From the NCBI RefSeq assembly GCF_006345805.1, contig NW_021829655.1, positions 1 through 31,996 of the forward strand: 31,996 bases of DNA, written 5' to 3'. The stretch's first letter is position 1, and each line of letters starts with the position of its first letter. This DNA comes from Octopus sinensis (Eukaryota). A program made the translations under genes and the position numbers. This document shows, piece by piece, positions 9,555 to 20,288 of this stretch. The notes below the pieces were generated by a model that did no database searches, was not told the origin of the DNA, and saw only the letters and a list, made by a program, of their open reading frames with translations.

Positions 9555-11627
9555 CTAGCATTAAAGACCCGTCGTTGCCGGGTCTTAGTGCTAGTGCATG
9601 TATATATGTGTATATATATGTGTACATATTACATGTACATCTATATATATACATCTACGCATAAAATACAAAATACAAAGTTATATCTTGATATCACTAG
9701 TGATAACAATACTCAAAATATATAACAGACTGGAATTGTTAGCCCGTCTCTTGTAATTTCAATCAATTGTATCTTGTCCTCCCTCTTGTATAGAAGTGTG
9801 GCTACAATCCAGCCTACCTCTACTTCGGGGGGGGGGGGCATTTTAAACTTTTATCCGGTACGTCCTGCGCCGCAGATATAAAGGTAAAAATAAAATATTT
9901 CCACTTTGCAAGGTTCAAGTCGAGTACTCCCTTGCATGCTCCATTGACTTGAACCTTGCTTCTATTGTGGCGAATTTACCGCCTCTGGTTAGATACTTGA
10001 TATCTTTCATAGTCACACCAAGATACTTTTTTATGGTGCTTTCCTCCAGGTGTTCAAATCGTTTTTTTTCTCTACATTGTATACTTTATAGGCAATAGTC
10101 TTATCTTTAGTTTTATTTTTTATTTCGTTTGGTGGTCTTATCCTAGATTCACCGTCTTTGTCGGTGATCAATCCGAAATAGGTTTGTATTTCTTCCATTT
10201 TAATTTTAATGAGTTTGCTGCCCACCAACGGCTGCAGCGAAATTCATTTTTGGACTTTCTTCTATCATTCTAACAAAAATGCTTCCATATAAACGGTGAA
10301 AATATTGTCAATTTCCCCAAACAGGGACACAATTCAATTTTTAAACAATAACCAAAGCTCCTTCTCCCAAAGGGGGAGGGTTACAGTGTACAATTATTTA
10401 ACAAATGCAACACAACAACGTTTCCCTTACGGGGAAACAAAGCACGTGATAACAATAGTTAAACAGTAATAATAATAATAACAAACCTTACGGTGAATCA
10501 AAAAGCAGTACGCAGTTGATTTAATTTAATTTATTCCCATTCATGTGAAACCACTTATTCATTTTCTAGTCATTAATGTAATTTTATACCTATTACTATT
10601 TTTACTTTTGTTATGTTACGATTATATTATACTTTAGTTTGATTTTAATTATTACTTACTACAATAATTCAATTATTATTATCTCTAATTTTTATTGTTA
10701 CAGTGAAAGTATTTGACATAAAATAGAGAAATGTTTTTGTTTCACTTTTAACACGTAATACTGAAATAGTGGAGAAGATATCATTCTAACAAAAATGCTT
10801 CCGTGTAAACGGTGAAAATATTGTCAATTTCCCCAAACAGGGACACAATTCAATTTTTAAACAATAACCAAAGCTCCTTCTCCCAAAGGGGGAGGGTTAC
10901 GGTTTACAATTATTTAACAAATGCAACACAACAATGCTTCCCTTACGAGGAACCAACAAACGTGATAACAATAGTTAAACAGAAATAATAATAACAACAA
11001 ACCTTACGGTAAACAAAAAAGCAGTACTATGTTGAAGCTATAGGCCTTTATGGATCAGAAATAAACCAACAGCGGTAATCAGTAGAAGCATCTTTCATAC
11101 AGCCAAACTTCATATAGATACTTAATGCTAGCTAATTAGCAAATAATCTAATGTAAAAGACGTGCACACCTCCATCTGGACTATTCTATTTCTGCACTTA
11201 AATTTTATTTTTAATTTATTCCCATTCATGGGAAACCACTGATTCAAGTTCAAGTCATTGATGCAATGTTACGATTTAATTATTATATCATACTTTAGTT
11301 TGATTTTAATTATTACTTACTACATATAATTCAATTGTTATTATTATCTCTATTTTTTATTGTTAAAGTGAAAGTATCTGACATAAAATAGAGAGATGTT
11401 TTTGTTTCACTTTTAACACGTAATACTGATATAGTGGAGAAGATATGATATTGCTATGGGCTCGCTCTAGGCAAGAAGTTGAACATTTTTTTTGCCCATG
11501 AAACTACATGGACCCTAAGTAAGGCATGTGTAAAATTTGAATGGAATTGGTTGTGTAGTTCTCAAGTTTTAGGGAAACACACAGACAGACAGACACACAC
11601 ACATTCTCAGTTTTATATATATAGAGA
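9555..11627 (-). mobile_element. Non-autonomous Helitron, ~2.07 kb
   Basis: Minus strand: A|TCTCTATATATATAAAAC at the 5' end (11627), then (GT/GTCT)n. 3' hairpin aagacccg-7nt-cgggtctt (9564-9586) lies a few bases before CTAG|T (9555-9558). Inserted between A and T, no TSD. Confidence 0.85.
9730..10198 (-). pseudogene. Decayed ~155-codon reading frame inside the Helitron, possibly ORF1/gag-like of a non-LTR element
   Basis: With two frameshifts and two stops it reads MEEIQTYFGLITDKDGESRIRPPNEIK..KTIAYKVYNVEKK/FEHLEESTIKKYLGVTMKDIKYLTRGGKFATIEARFKSMEHAREYST*TLQSGNILFLPLYLRRRTYRIKV*NAPPP/EVEVGWIVATLL. Composition is protein-like and GC is higher than the flanks; identity not established. Confidence 0.5.
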
Positions 11628-11695
11628 TTATATATATTTAATATACATCACACTATTATGTAAATATGTAACAATATTATTTTATACTATCTTTT

Positions 11696-12345
11696 ATCTT
11701 TTACTTGTTTCAGTCATTTGACTGCAGCCTTGCTGGGGCACCAGCTTTGAAGGGATTTTTAGTCAAACAAATCAATCCCAGTACTTATTTTTTAAAGCCT
11801 AGTACTTATTCTATCAGTTTCTTTTGCTGAATTGCTAAATTATGGAAATGTAAACACACCAACACCAGTTGTGAAATGGCAGTGAGGGGACAAGCACAGA
11901 CAAAGGCAGTGCTGACTGACTGGTCCCATACCCATGGCACTTAAAAAGCACCATTCAAGCATGGTCGATGCCAGTACCACCTGACTGGCCCTTGTGGCAG
12001 TGGCACATAAAAAGCACACACTACACTCTCGGAGCGGTTGGCATTAGGAAGGGCATCCAGCTGTAGAAACTTTGCCAGATCAGATTGGAACCTGGCGCTA
12101 CCTTGACTTGCTAGCCCTCAGTCACACCATCCAACCCATGCCAACATAGAAAGCGGACGTTAAACAGCGATGATGATGATATATATATATGACAGGCTTC
12201 TTTCAGTTTCCGCCTACCAAATCCATTCACAAGGCTTTGGTTGGTCCAAGACTAAAATAGATGATAGTTGCCACATAATGGAACTTAACCCAGAACCATG
12301 TGATTGTGAAGTAAGATTCTTACCACACAGCCATACCTGTGCCTA
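11696..12345 (-). mobile_element. SINE family A interrupted by an RTE 3'UTR insertion (tail 11696-11902, head 12188-12345)
   Basis: Both halves align to the reverse complement of 14620-15034 and are separated by the plus-strand element at 11905-12180. Confidence 0.8.
11905..12180 (+). mobile_element. 5'-truncated RTE LINE 3'UTR with (GAT)n tail
   Basis: cactacactctcggagcggttggcattaggaagggcatccagctgtagaaac...gcggacgttaaac..gatgatgatgat, shared with 22318-22594 and 23586-23840. Confidence 0.85.
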
Positions 12346-12382
12346 TATGTAACAATATTACTATATTATCATTACAAACTAT

Positions 12383-12790
12383 CATCATCATTTAATGTCC
12401 ACTTTTTTCCATGTCAGATAGAAATTGTTGAGACAGGATTCCTACAACCGGATGCCTTTGCTGTTGTCAACTCTCATCTATTTCCAAACAAGGTAATATT
12501 TTTGCATGACCAGAATATGTTTTTTTTTTTATGGAAGACTTGAAACAAATGACCTCGCTTTTATGACACCTTTGCTCATTTACAACCATCATATGATGTC
12601 TAGACAAGGACACACAACTCTATACACACACAATGGGCTTCTTTCAGTTCCTGTTTGCCAAATCTACCCACAAGGCTTTGGTTGGTGCAGGGATATAGTA
12701 AAAGTCACTTGCCCAACATGCCACACAGTGGTACTGAACCCAAGATCACAGATTGGGAAGCAAGCTTCTTAACCATACAACTACACCTTT
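12383..12790 (-). mobile_element. SINE family B: family A head joined to an RTE-like (GAT)n 3' end
   Basis: Head 12630-12790 aligns to the reverse complement of 14620-14780. Tail has ccggatgcc and ends in catcatcatcatttaatgtccac on the plus strand. Confidence 0.75.
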
Positions 12791-13154
12791 GTGTAACAAT
12801 ATTAGCACAAACTTAATGTACATAACAGTACTGTTACATGACATAAACAAAATTATTATTATATATTTAATATCTGTAATATTTAAATGAATGAATATAT
12901 TTAAATGAACATATTATATAAATAAAGGGTGATAGATTGAAAGAATCAGACAAAATCTGACACTATTTCAATATGATCAATTATTGACTATTGATGAGAT
13001 AGAGGGGCTAGGTTAAAACTAATACCAGTGACCCACAGTGAAGTATTGCCTGTGATAGGTAATAATTGATAATGATATTAATAATTAATATTAATTATAC
13101 TGAACAAGAAAGTAATATGTCATTGTTCTACATAAAAAACCTTGTGGCAAAGTA

Positions 13155-13320
13155 TATCCAATAGACCTTTAATCAAATGTATTCTAACCATGACCATCCT
13201 ATTCTGTTTTCAGAGTTAGTGTATCTAGAACTAGATTATCTTGCATGTTTCTCCTTAAAAACAGTAAAGATGAGTTGAGGGAGATTTGGCTGCTGTTTCC
13301 ATGAATCAAGTGACTAACAG
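13155..13320 (-). mobile_element. SINE-like family D fragment
   Basis: gagggagatttggctgctgtttc and accatgaccatcc are reverse complements of motifs at 7620-7650 and 6395-6415. Confidence 0.6.
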
Positions 13321-13977
13321 GGTAAGTATTTGAATTGAAGGGGGAAATTACGTATTTAATAAATTGTAATTTCATATTGAATTTAATGCATTTTAATGAG
13401 ATTCATAAAAAAAAGAATGAGTCCACAAAAAATGGAGTGAACTACATAAATAATTAAATAAAACCATAAATGAGATGAAAAATCAGAAATGAGCCAACAG
13501 CAACCAAACTATTTTGATTAAAAGAAAAAAGCAGAAAGGAAGAACTGAAAACAAAAATAGAGAAGCCACAGAAAAAAAAAATGAGAAATAAAGCAGAAAA
13601 AATGATTGCGCAGCGCAGTAGTATTATATCTGGGTTTTTTTTTTCTTCTTTCCTTTCCTCCACACCAACCAATTATGCGATAATTAATCAACCATTACAG
13701 CAAGTTGTTTCTACAAGTTTATCATTAGTTGTAAAACAACATTCACCTTACTTTTGCATCAACACTATTATGATTTCCATTGACATCACAGAGATAGAGA
13801 AGACTGGCATTCCTATTGAGCAACAGTTCACTCACTGAAATGACTGGATTGCAGACAAACACTTGGTGCTTTTAGTTGTATCTCTGAGTTCAAATCCTGC
13901 CAAGTTCATCTCTCAAGTACTACAGGCAAATATGGTAACCAATTGTCTGTTAGAAATCGTCATCATCATTATTATTA

Positions 13978-14484
13978 TAGCAGTGAGCTAGCAAAATTGT
14001 TAGCATGCTGGGCAAAATACTTGGCAGTATTTTGTCCCTCTTCATATTCTGAGGTCGACTTGGCCTTTCATCCTTTCAGAGTCAATAAAATAAGTACCAG
14101 TTAAGCACTGGGGTCAATGTAATCAACTCATCCCTCCCACCCTAATTTCAGGCCTTCTGCTTATAGTAGAAAGGATTATTATTATTGTTATTATTATTTC
14201 CGCCAAGGTCAACTTGCCTTTCATCCTTTTGAGGTAGATAAAATAAGTATTAGTTGAGCACCAGAATCAATATTTTTGATTTAAATTGCTGGCCTTGCGC
14301 TAAAATTTGAAACCATTATCATTAAGCAGTGAACAAGTAGAATCTTTAGCAAATTGGGCAAAATGGCTAGTTTTATTTCTGCTGATTCATAAACATGCTG
14401 TGTTCAAATTCCATCAGGGTCAACTTTGCCTTTTCTCCCCACAAAATGGCTGGCTTTGTTCCAAAATTAGAAAGAACGCTTATC
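13978..14484 (+). mobile_element. Three head-to-tail SINE family C copies (13978-14198, 14199-14322, 14323-14484)
   Basis: Repeated gcagtga..tagca..gggcaaaat heads and ggtc(g/a)act(t)tgcctttcatcc cores separated by TTA/ATT runs. Confidence 0.75.
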
Positions 14485-14619
14485 ACTGTTGTTATAAGAT
14501 AATTGTTAGAGTGAAGGTGATGGGGTAAGAGAAATAGTAAAACAATGACTAAATATTTATTTATCAAGTACACACTAGAAATACCCAACACTTGTAAATT
14601 TTGCCACCATTGTGTAGAA

Positions 14620-15034
14620 GGTGCAGGAGTGGCTGTGTGGTAAGTAGCTTGCTAACCAACCACATGGTTCTGGGTTCAGTCCCACTGCGTGGCATCTTGG
14701 GCAAGTGTCTTCTGCTATAGCCCCGGGCCGACCAATGCCTTGTGAGTGGATTTGGTAGACGGAAACTGAAAGAAGCCTGTCGTATATATGCATATATATA
14801 TATATATATATGTCTGTGTGTGCGTTTCTATGTCTGTGTTTGTCCCCCTAGCATTGCTTGACAACCGATGCTGGTGTGTTTACGTCCCCGTCACTTAGCG
14901 GTTCGGCAAAAGAGACCGATAGAATAAGTACTGGGCTTACAAAGAATAAGTCCCAGGGTCGATTTGCTCGACTAAAGGCGGTGCTCCAGCATGGCCGCAG
15001 TCAAATGACTGAAACAAGTAAAAGAATAAAAAAA
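14620..15034 (+). mobile_element. Near-intact tRNA-derived CORE-like SINE family A (octopus OR-type candidate)
   Basis: A box TGGCTGTGTGG, B box GGTTCAGTCC, CORE-like catcttgggcaagtgtctt, internal (TA/TG)n, tail ending tgactgaaacaagtaaaagaataaaaaaa. Several homologous copies in the window. Confidence 0.9.
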
Positions 15035-16769
15035 GGTGGGAATGTTATATAGTAATAAGTTCCTAATAAATCAGTTCTCCAGTCCAAGATCTCATTTCAT
15101 CTAGCACAAGTACAAAAGAATGTTACACAGAGCAGTTACTCACATCTCTTTCTCCTCTCCCATAAATCTGTCAAGTAACTTTGGAAACCAACAAAACTGT
15201 TAGTCTATGCTTGTAACAGTTAGTCGATAATTAGTCAATAAATTTGTTTGTCAAAAGTGTTGAATCTAATGCTCAGAGCTTTATGCTTTTCCTAGGAAAG
15301 AGAAAAGAAAGGGAGAAGTGGTATTACCAGTTAGGTTGGAGTCAGATAAAATGTAAATGTGGGGAGCCTTACACTAAAATAAGAAAATGTAGTTGCTGTG
15401 TTGGAGGCTGGTTGCAATGGAGAAGGGTATCAAATTAAGCGCTATTTGGTTTCATTCTTCTGGTACCAAGTGCAAAACCTAGTAGGCCCTTCAACCAGCC
15501 AAAGTCAATTCAATATAAGTTATATACACTGACTTATTTCTACTCAACAAAATTTAACCTCGACACAAACCAAACAAAATTGTTATCAACATGGTGTCGA
15601 GCATATTTAGCTACAACCTTAACAAGACTGTTATTTTTCATATGAATGGTGCCCGAGTAATTGCCTCAGTCATAACTTTTGATATCTACACATGTGCATT
15701 ATAGCACATCAAATATAGTGATTATATCACCATTAATCTTGAAAATAAAAAATTTTGTTGAACAGGTCTAAGACCAAACTAAGTCCAGAGTTGTTACCCT
15801 TGCTTTACAAAATCAGATTAACATACTAGACATTCAGTGAGACTTTCTGCTCTTCACAATAAATATGATGGGAAAGGCATGAATATCACACAATCTCATT
15901 CCTACGTGTTAATTCTGATGGTATTGTATTACTCTCAACTACTAAATGTAGCAATAGTTTTCCTTCACCAGTAAAACCCAAATCCACTGAGAGATGCATG
16001 AAGGCCACACACTCGTTCTTATAAATTTGCAGTCATTTGTCTTTCAGTCAGAAATCCATATTTTTATAGCGTTTGTCTTCACAGGCGTTGAAGAAGAAAG
16101 GTGATATAGCATTATATTATATATGCATGCATGTATGGATAGATATTGACAGACAGACAGACAGACAGATAGATAGATAGACACACACACACGTCTGTGT
16201 GTATAATAATTTAGTGGTGTTGTCATAACTATTGAGTTGTTTCTGCTTCCTCGTTTCGCTGAACCAATGCCAAAGAAAAATTCGAAATGCACCATTAAAT
16301 CAATACTGCGGTGAACTTAACGTCAACATTAGAAGGGGAGGAGGAAGTTCCAGCTTTCATTTTCTTCGTCTTCCTGAAATATGACAACAACCGTAAAAAA
16401 TAAACCTTCACAATTTATAGCTGCCCACCTATACACATGTCCCGTAATAGAGATATAAAAACAATATAATGACGAATGCCATATCGCCATTCTGGATAAA
16501 AACCTTTGCCAATGAAGTGGTGGAGAGGCAGACAGCATCGCTACAAGACATTGACATAATATATGCAATTAACATGTACTTGTGTCTCTGTGTAAGTAGG
16601 CTCTATGTGCGTTCGCGCGTGTCTGTAAAGTTGGCTTTCTGATCTTCAAAGTGATTCGGAGAAAGTTTAGGAGCTAAACATTCAGCCCTATCATTTATTC
16701 TAATTATTATGCTAATTCTTTCGCTTCAATATTTATAGTGTGGTATTTACTAAGGTTACATTCCGTATA

Positions 16770-16787
16770 TGCGCATATCTGTGTGTG

Positions 16788-16837
<50 letters not shown>

Positions 16838-17056
16838 ATATATGTATATATATACATATAAATGTACATATACATATATACATGTATATGTACATACATA
16901 TATACTATATATATGTATGTAATATAATTTTCTGAACCTTCAGATTTTAATATGCTAGACCACTGTTTTTAAATTGATATTAATCAAACTAATATTCAAT
17001 TTTTTTACCCTCATATATATATATATGTATTATATATACATATACATGTATGTATG

Positions 17057-17087
<31 letters not shown>

Positions 17088-17090
17088 ATA

Positions 17091-17142
<52 letters not shown>

Positions 17143-17195
17143 GTGTGTGTGTGTGTATATATCATCATATATATATATACACACATACATATATG
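16770..17195. repeat. (TA)n/(TG)n microsatellite field with a short interspersed repeat at 16925-17012
   Basis: Microsatellites are visible; the reverse complement of 16925-17012 resembles 25553-25648. Confidence 0.85.
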
Positions 17196-17284
17196 ATGAA
17201 GGGATATATAAAATATCCTGGAAACAGCTATAAGACCTCTTTATAAATGTTCTGAAATCTTTCAGTCTTAGATTTTTTTCATCT

Positions 17285-17448
17285 CATTCTGTAAATTTTA
17301 TATATAATATATATATATCAGCCGAAATTGCGAAGATGATCTGGTTCTTGACTGATGACTGAGAGCTTCGAAAGTCCCGTCCGTGTTTTCTGTCGTCTTC
17401 TAAATGTTTCACGTTCTTGTCCCAGTTTGTGTATTTTTTACTTTTACA
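17285..17448 (+). mobile_element. Penelope-like terminal-repeat fragment in (TA)n
   Basis: Short CpG-rich block flanked by TA runs, containing CTGATGA...CGAAAGTC followed by a T-rich 3' part, as in PLE terminal repeats. Family assignment is inference. Confidence 0.45.
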
Positions 17449-17470
17449 TATATATATATATATATATATG

Positions 17471-17529
<59 letters not shown>

Positions 17530-17767
17530 CATGGCCACAGCTCATAAGCTGAAACTAGAATCAATCAATCAATCAATCATATATATATAGGGAGAGAGAG
17601 AGAGATGGAGACGTGTATATTAAACATGTACTTGTGTCTCTGCGTGAGTGGACGTAGGTGTGTTAACCACTGTCTGGGCACTCATACAGAACTAGTGTAT
17701 AATACATCTTCCTCTGTGTGTGTGTGTGTATATACATATATATATATATTCATTTATATATATATAT

Positions 17768-17970
17768 TCTTTTACACGTTTCAGTCATTTGACTGCGACC
17801 ATGCTGGAGCACCGCCTAAAAGGGTTTTAGTCAAAAAAATCGACCCTATGACTTATTCTTTGAAAGCCTAGTACTTATTCTATCTGTTTCTTTTGCTGAG
17901 CCGCTAAACGACAGGGACATAAGCACACAATCAGTTGTCAAGCGATGGTAGGAGAACACACACACATACA

Positions 17971-18006
<36 letters not shown>

Positions 18007-18152
18007 CACACGATGGGTCTCTTCCAGTTTCCCTCTTCCAAATCCACTCACATGGTTTTGGTCAGTCCGAGGGTATTAGTAGAAGACATTTTCTGAAGGT
18101 GCCACGGAAACATGTGGTTGAGAAGCGAGCTTCTTATCAAACAGCCACGCCT
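17768..18152 (-). mobile_element. SINE family A, older copy with deletion in head
   Basis: Aligns to the reverse complement of 14620-15030. Confidence 0.85.
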
Positions 18153-18654
18153 TTATATATATATACAAATGTATGTATGTATTAAACATGTACTTGTTTG
18201 TGAGTGGACGTAGATAGATATCAGTCAATACTTATCTGTCTATGGACTCACACAGGACTGGTGTGTATACACACACACACACACACACAGATAGATAGAA
18301 AACGAAGTTTGTATCTATGGACTGAAGCGATTTCATACAATTGTGTACTTTATATCACTAACAATATGTACTGTGTGTGTGTGTAATAAGAGTCCGTATG
18401 TATGTGTGTGATTTGAGCCAGCAGCCAACTGCATCTACTACTTAACATTAAAGATGGAGTTAGACAAAAGTACGCTAAGGACCTGCTGTTCAAAGATGTC
18501 ATAGTGTGTGTGTGTTGTTTATTTTTATGTGTGTTATTGTGTGGATTATCAATACTGCTGCTGCTGCTATTACTATAGTAGTATCATAATACAACAGAGT
18601 GAGAAAAGGTGGAGGGAGTCATAAATGTGAGATAGTTTGGGAACACATGACACT

Positions 18655-18860
18655 GGTACTAGTGACGATGATGGAGATGGTAATACAGACGGTGACAATG
18701 ACAGTGATGGTAAAATTGCTGCAGTGGAGTTGAAAGTGACGATGCTAGCATTAATGACGACGGCAGTGGAGCAATGATTTTGATGATGAAGATAACGATT
18801 GTGGTGATGATGTTAAGGTGGTAGTCACTGCGTATTACATTGACGATAGAGATGATGGTC
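18655..18860. repeat. Degenerate (GAT/GAC/GGT)n repeat
   Basis: Low-complexity trinucleotide composition. Confidence 0.8.
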
Positions 18861-18914
18861 ATTAGTCTTGTTTAACTCCAAGTCGAAAGTGATCGCACAG
18901 ATCTATAATCAAAA

Positions 18915-19022
18915 CCCTGACTCATCTTTTAGTGCATTGAGGACTGCATTATCCAATGTGTCCTTTTTAAAAATGGTAGGATATGATTTGAGGAAAAACT
19001 AAGGGCTATCACTAGCAGGTCA
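18915..19022 (-). mobile_element. SINE-like family D fragment
   Basis: tttttaaaaatggtaggatatgatttgagg is approximately the reverse complement of cctcaaatcacaccctaccatcttaaaaa (7632-7661). Confidence 0.6.
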
Positions 19023-19119
19023 ACATAGAGATACTGCTATTGTAATATTTAAGGTGGGAGAGTAAGAGGGTGTGTGTATATATATATATATATACCCGTG
19101 TATATATGTATGTGAAAGC

Positions 19120-19315
19120 GTGTATATATGTCTCCTTGTCTTGACAGCGCGTAATTGCTGTAAACGAGCATCACCGTCATAGTAAATGTGTCCTTCGTTT
19201 CCAACGTATGAAAGCATGTCCAACGACATGGAAATATTACCCTGCTTGGTAACAGGTTAGGGCTGGCGATAGGAAGGACATCTGGTCGGAGAAAATCTGC
19301 CTCAACGAATGGTCA
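19120..19315 (+). mobile_element. SINE family B 3' part
   Basis: ttgtcttgaca...gtaaacgagc...aaatattaccctgcttggtaacagg...ggcgataggaaggacatc aligns to the reverse complement of 12430-12610. Confidence 0.7.
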
Positions 19316-19634
19316 GGCCTGTGTAGTTATTACTCACACTCCCCTGGTCCACCTCTCTACAATCACCCTCTCTCCACCTTGACTCTTCCAATTATACTGT
19401 TTCTAAACGCTTGCACCCTTCATTCTACCCAGTCTGTCTGCATCTCTCTCTCTCTCTCCCTCTTTACCTGAGCAACTGTTCATATTTTAGATTTGTGAGT
19501 ACACTTTACCCTTTCTGTGTACAAGGTATCCACGCATGCTAATGTTACAACAAATAGCACTTAGTATGTGGTTGAGTGGAGAAAGCACAAGGTTGGAAGG
19601 TCCCTTCCGTCCTCTTTGATTAAGAATATGACAT

Positions 19635-19865
19635 CTCTAGTGCTAGTGCCATCATAAAATGTACACAATACTTATTCTTGAAAGGTTGGTTTTAGGAAGG
19701 GCATCAAGCTACAGGATCTATGCCAGTATAAAATGTAAAGCAAGACGTGACTCACAGATCACACAAAGGAAGTCAGTAATAACTTCAAACAGACCTGACT
19801 CAGAGCATGACAACTTACCAAACCCATACCAACATGGAAAGCAGATGTAAAATGATGAAGATGAA
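19635..19865 (+). mobile_element. Old RTE 3'UTR fragment
   Basis: ggttggttttaggaagggcatcaagct and aacccataccaacatggaaagcagatgtaaaatgatga. Confidence 0.65.
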
Positions 19866-20241
19866 TGAACAGACAGATAGATAGATAGAATGGCAGCATG
19901 AGTAAGTGTCTATGGACCAAAATATATTGGTAGATCTGGAAAATTCTATCATCTGCCATAGCTGTAACAAATTCAATCTTACATCCATCCATCAATAAAA
20001 AGCTATGAAAGACTATATTGTTCATCACCTACCTAATGTGTGTGTGTATGTGTGTATACACACACATACTCACACACCAATGAATACATGTGATATATAT
20101 ATATACCATTAACCATTGTGTGATACAGCACTGGATATTCACCTGACGTACACTATCACATGTTTACTGACAAATAGTGAAGCAACAGTAAGACACATCT
20201 GTATGTATACATACACATACAGATGTTACATATGCATACCT

Positions 20242-20288
<47 letters not shown>

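Noticed and set aside
14620-14700. tRNA gene
   Set aside because: The A and B boxes belong to a multi-copy SINE head; no complete cloverleaf.
16040-16100. 16-nt plus-strand microexon (cacag|gcgttgaagaagaaag|gtgata)
   Set aside because: Weak donor and no supporting neighbouring exons.
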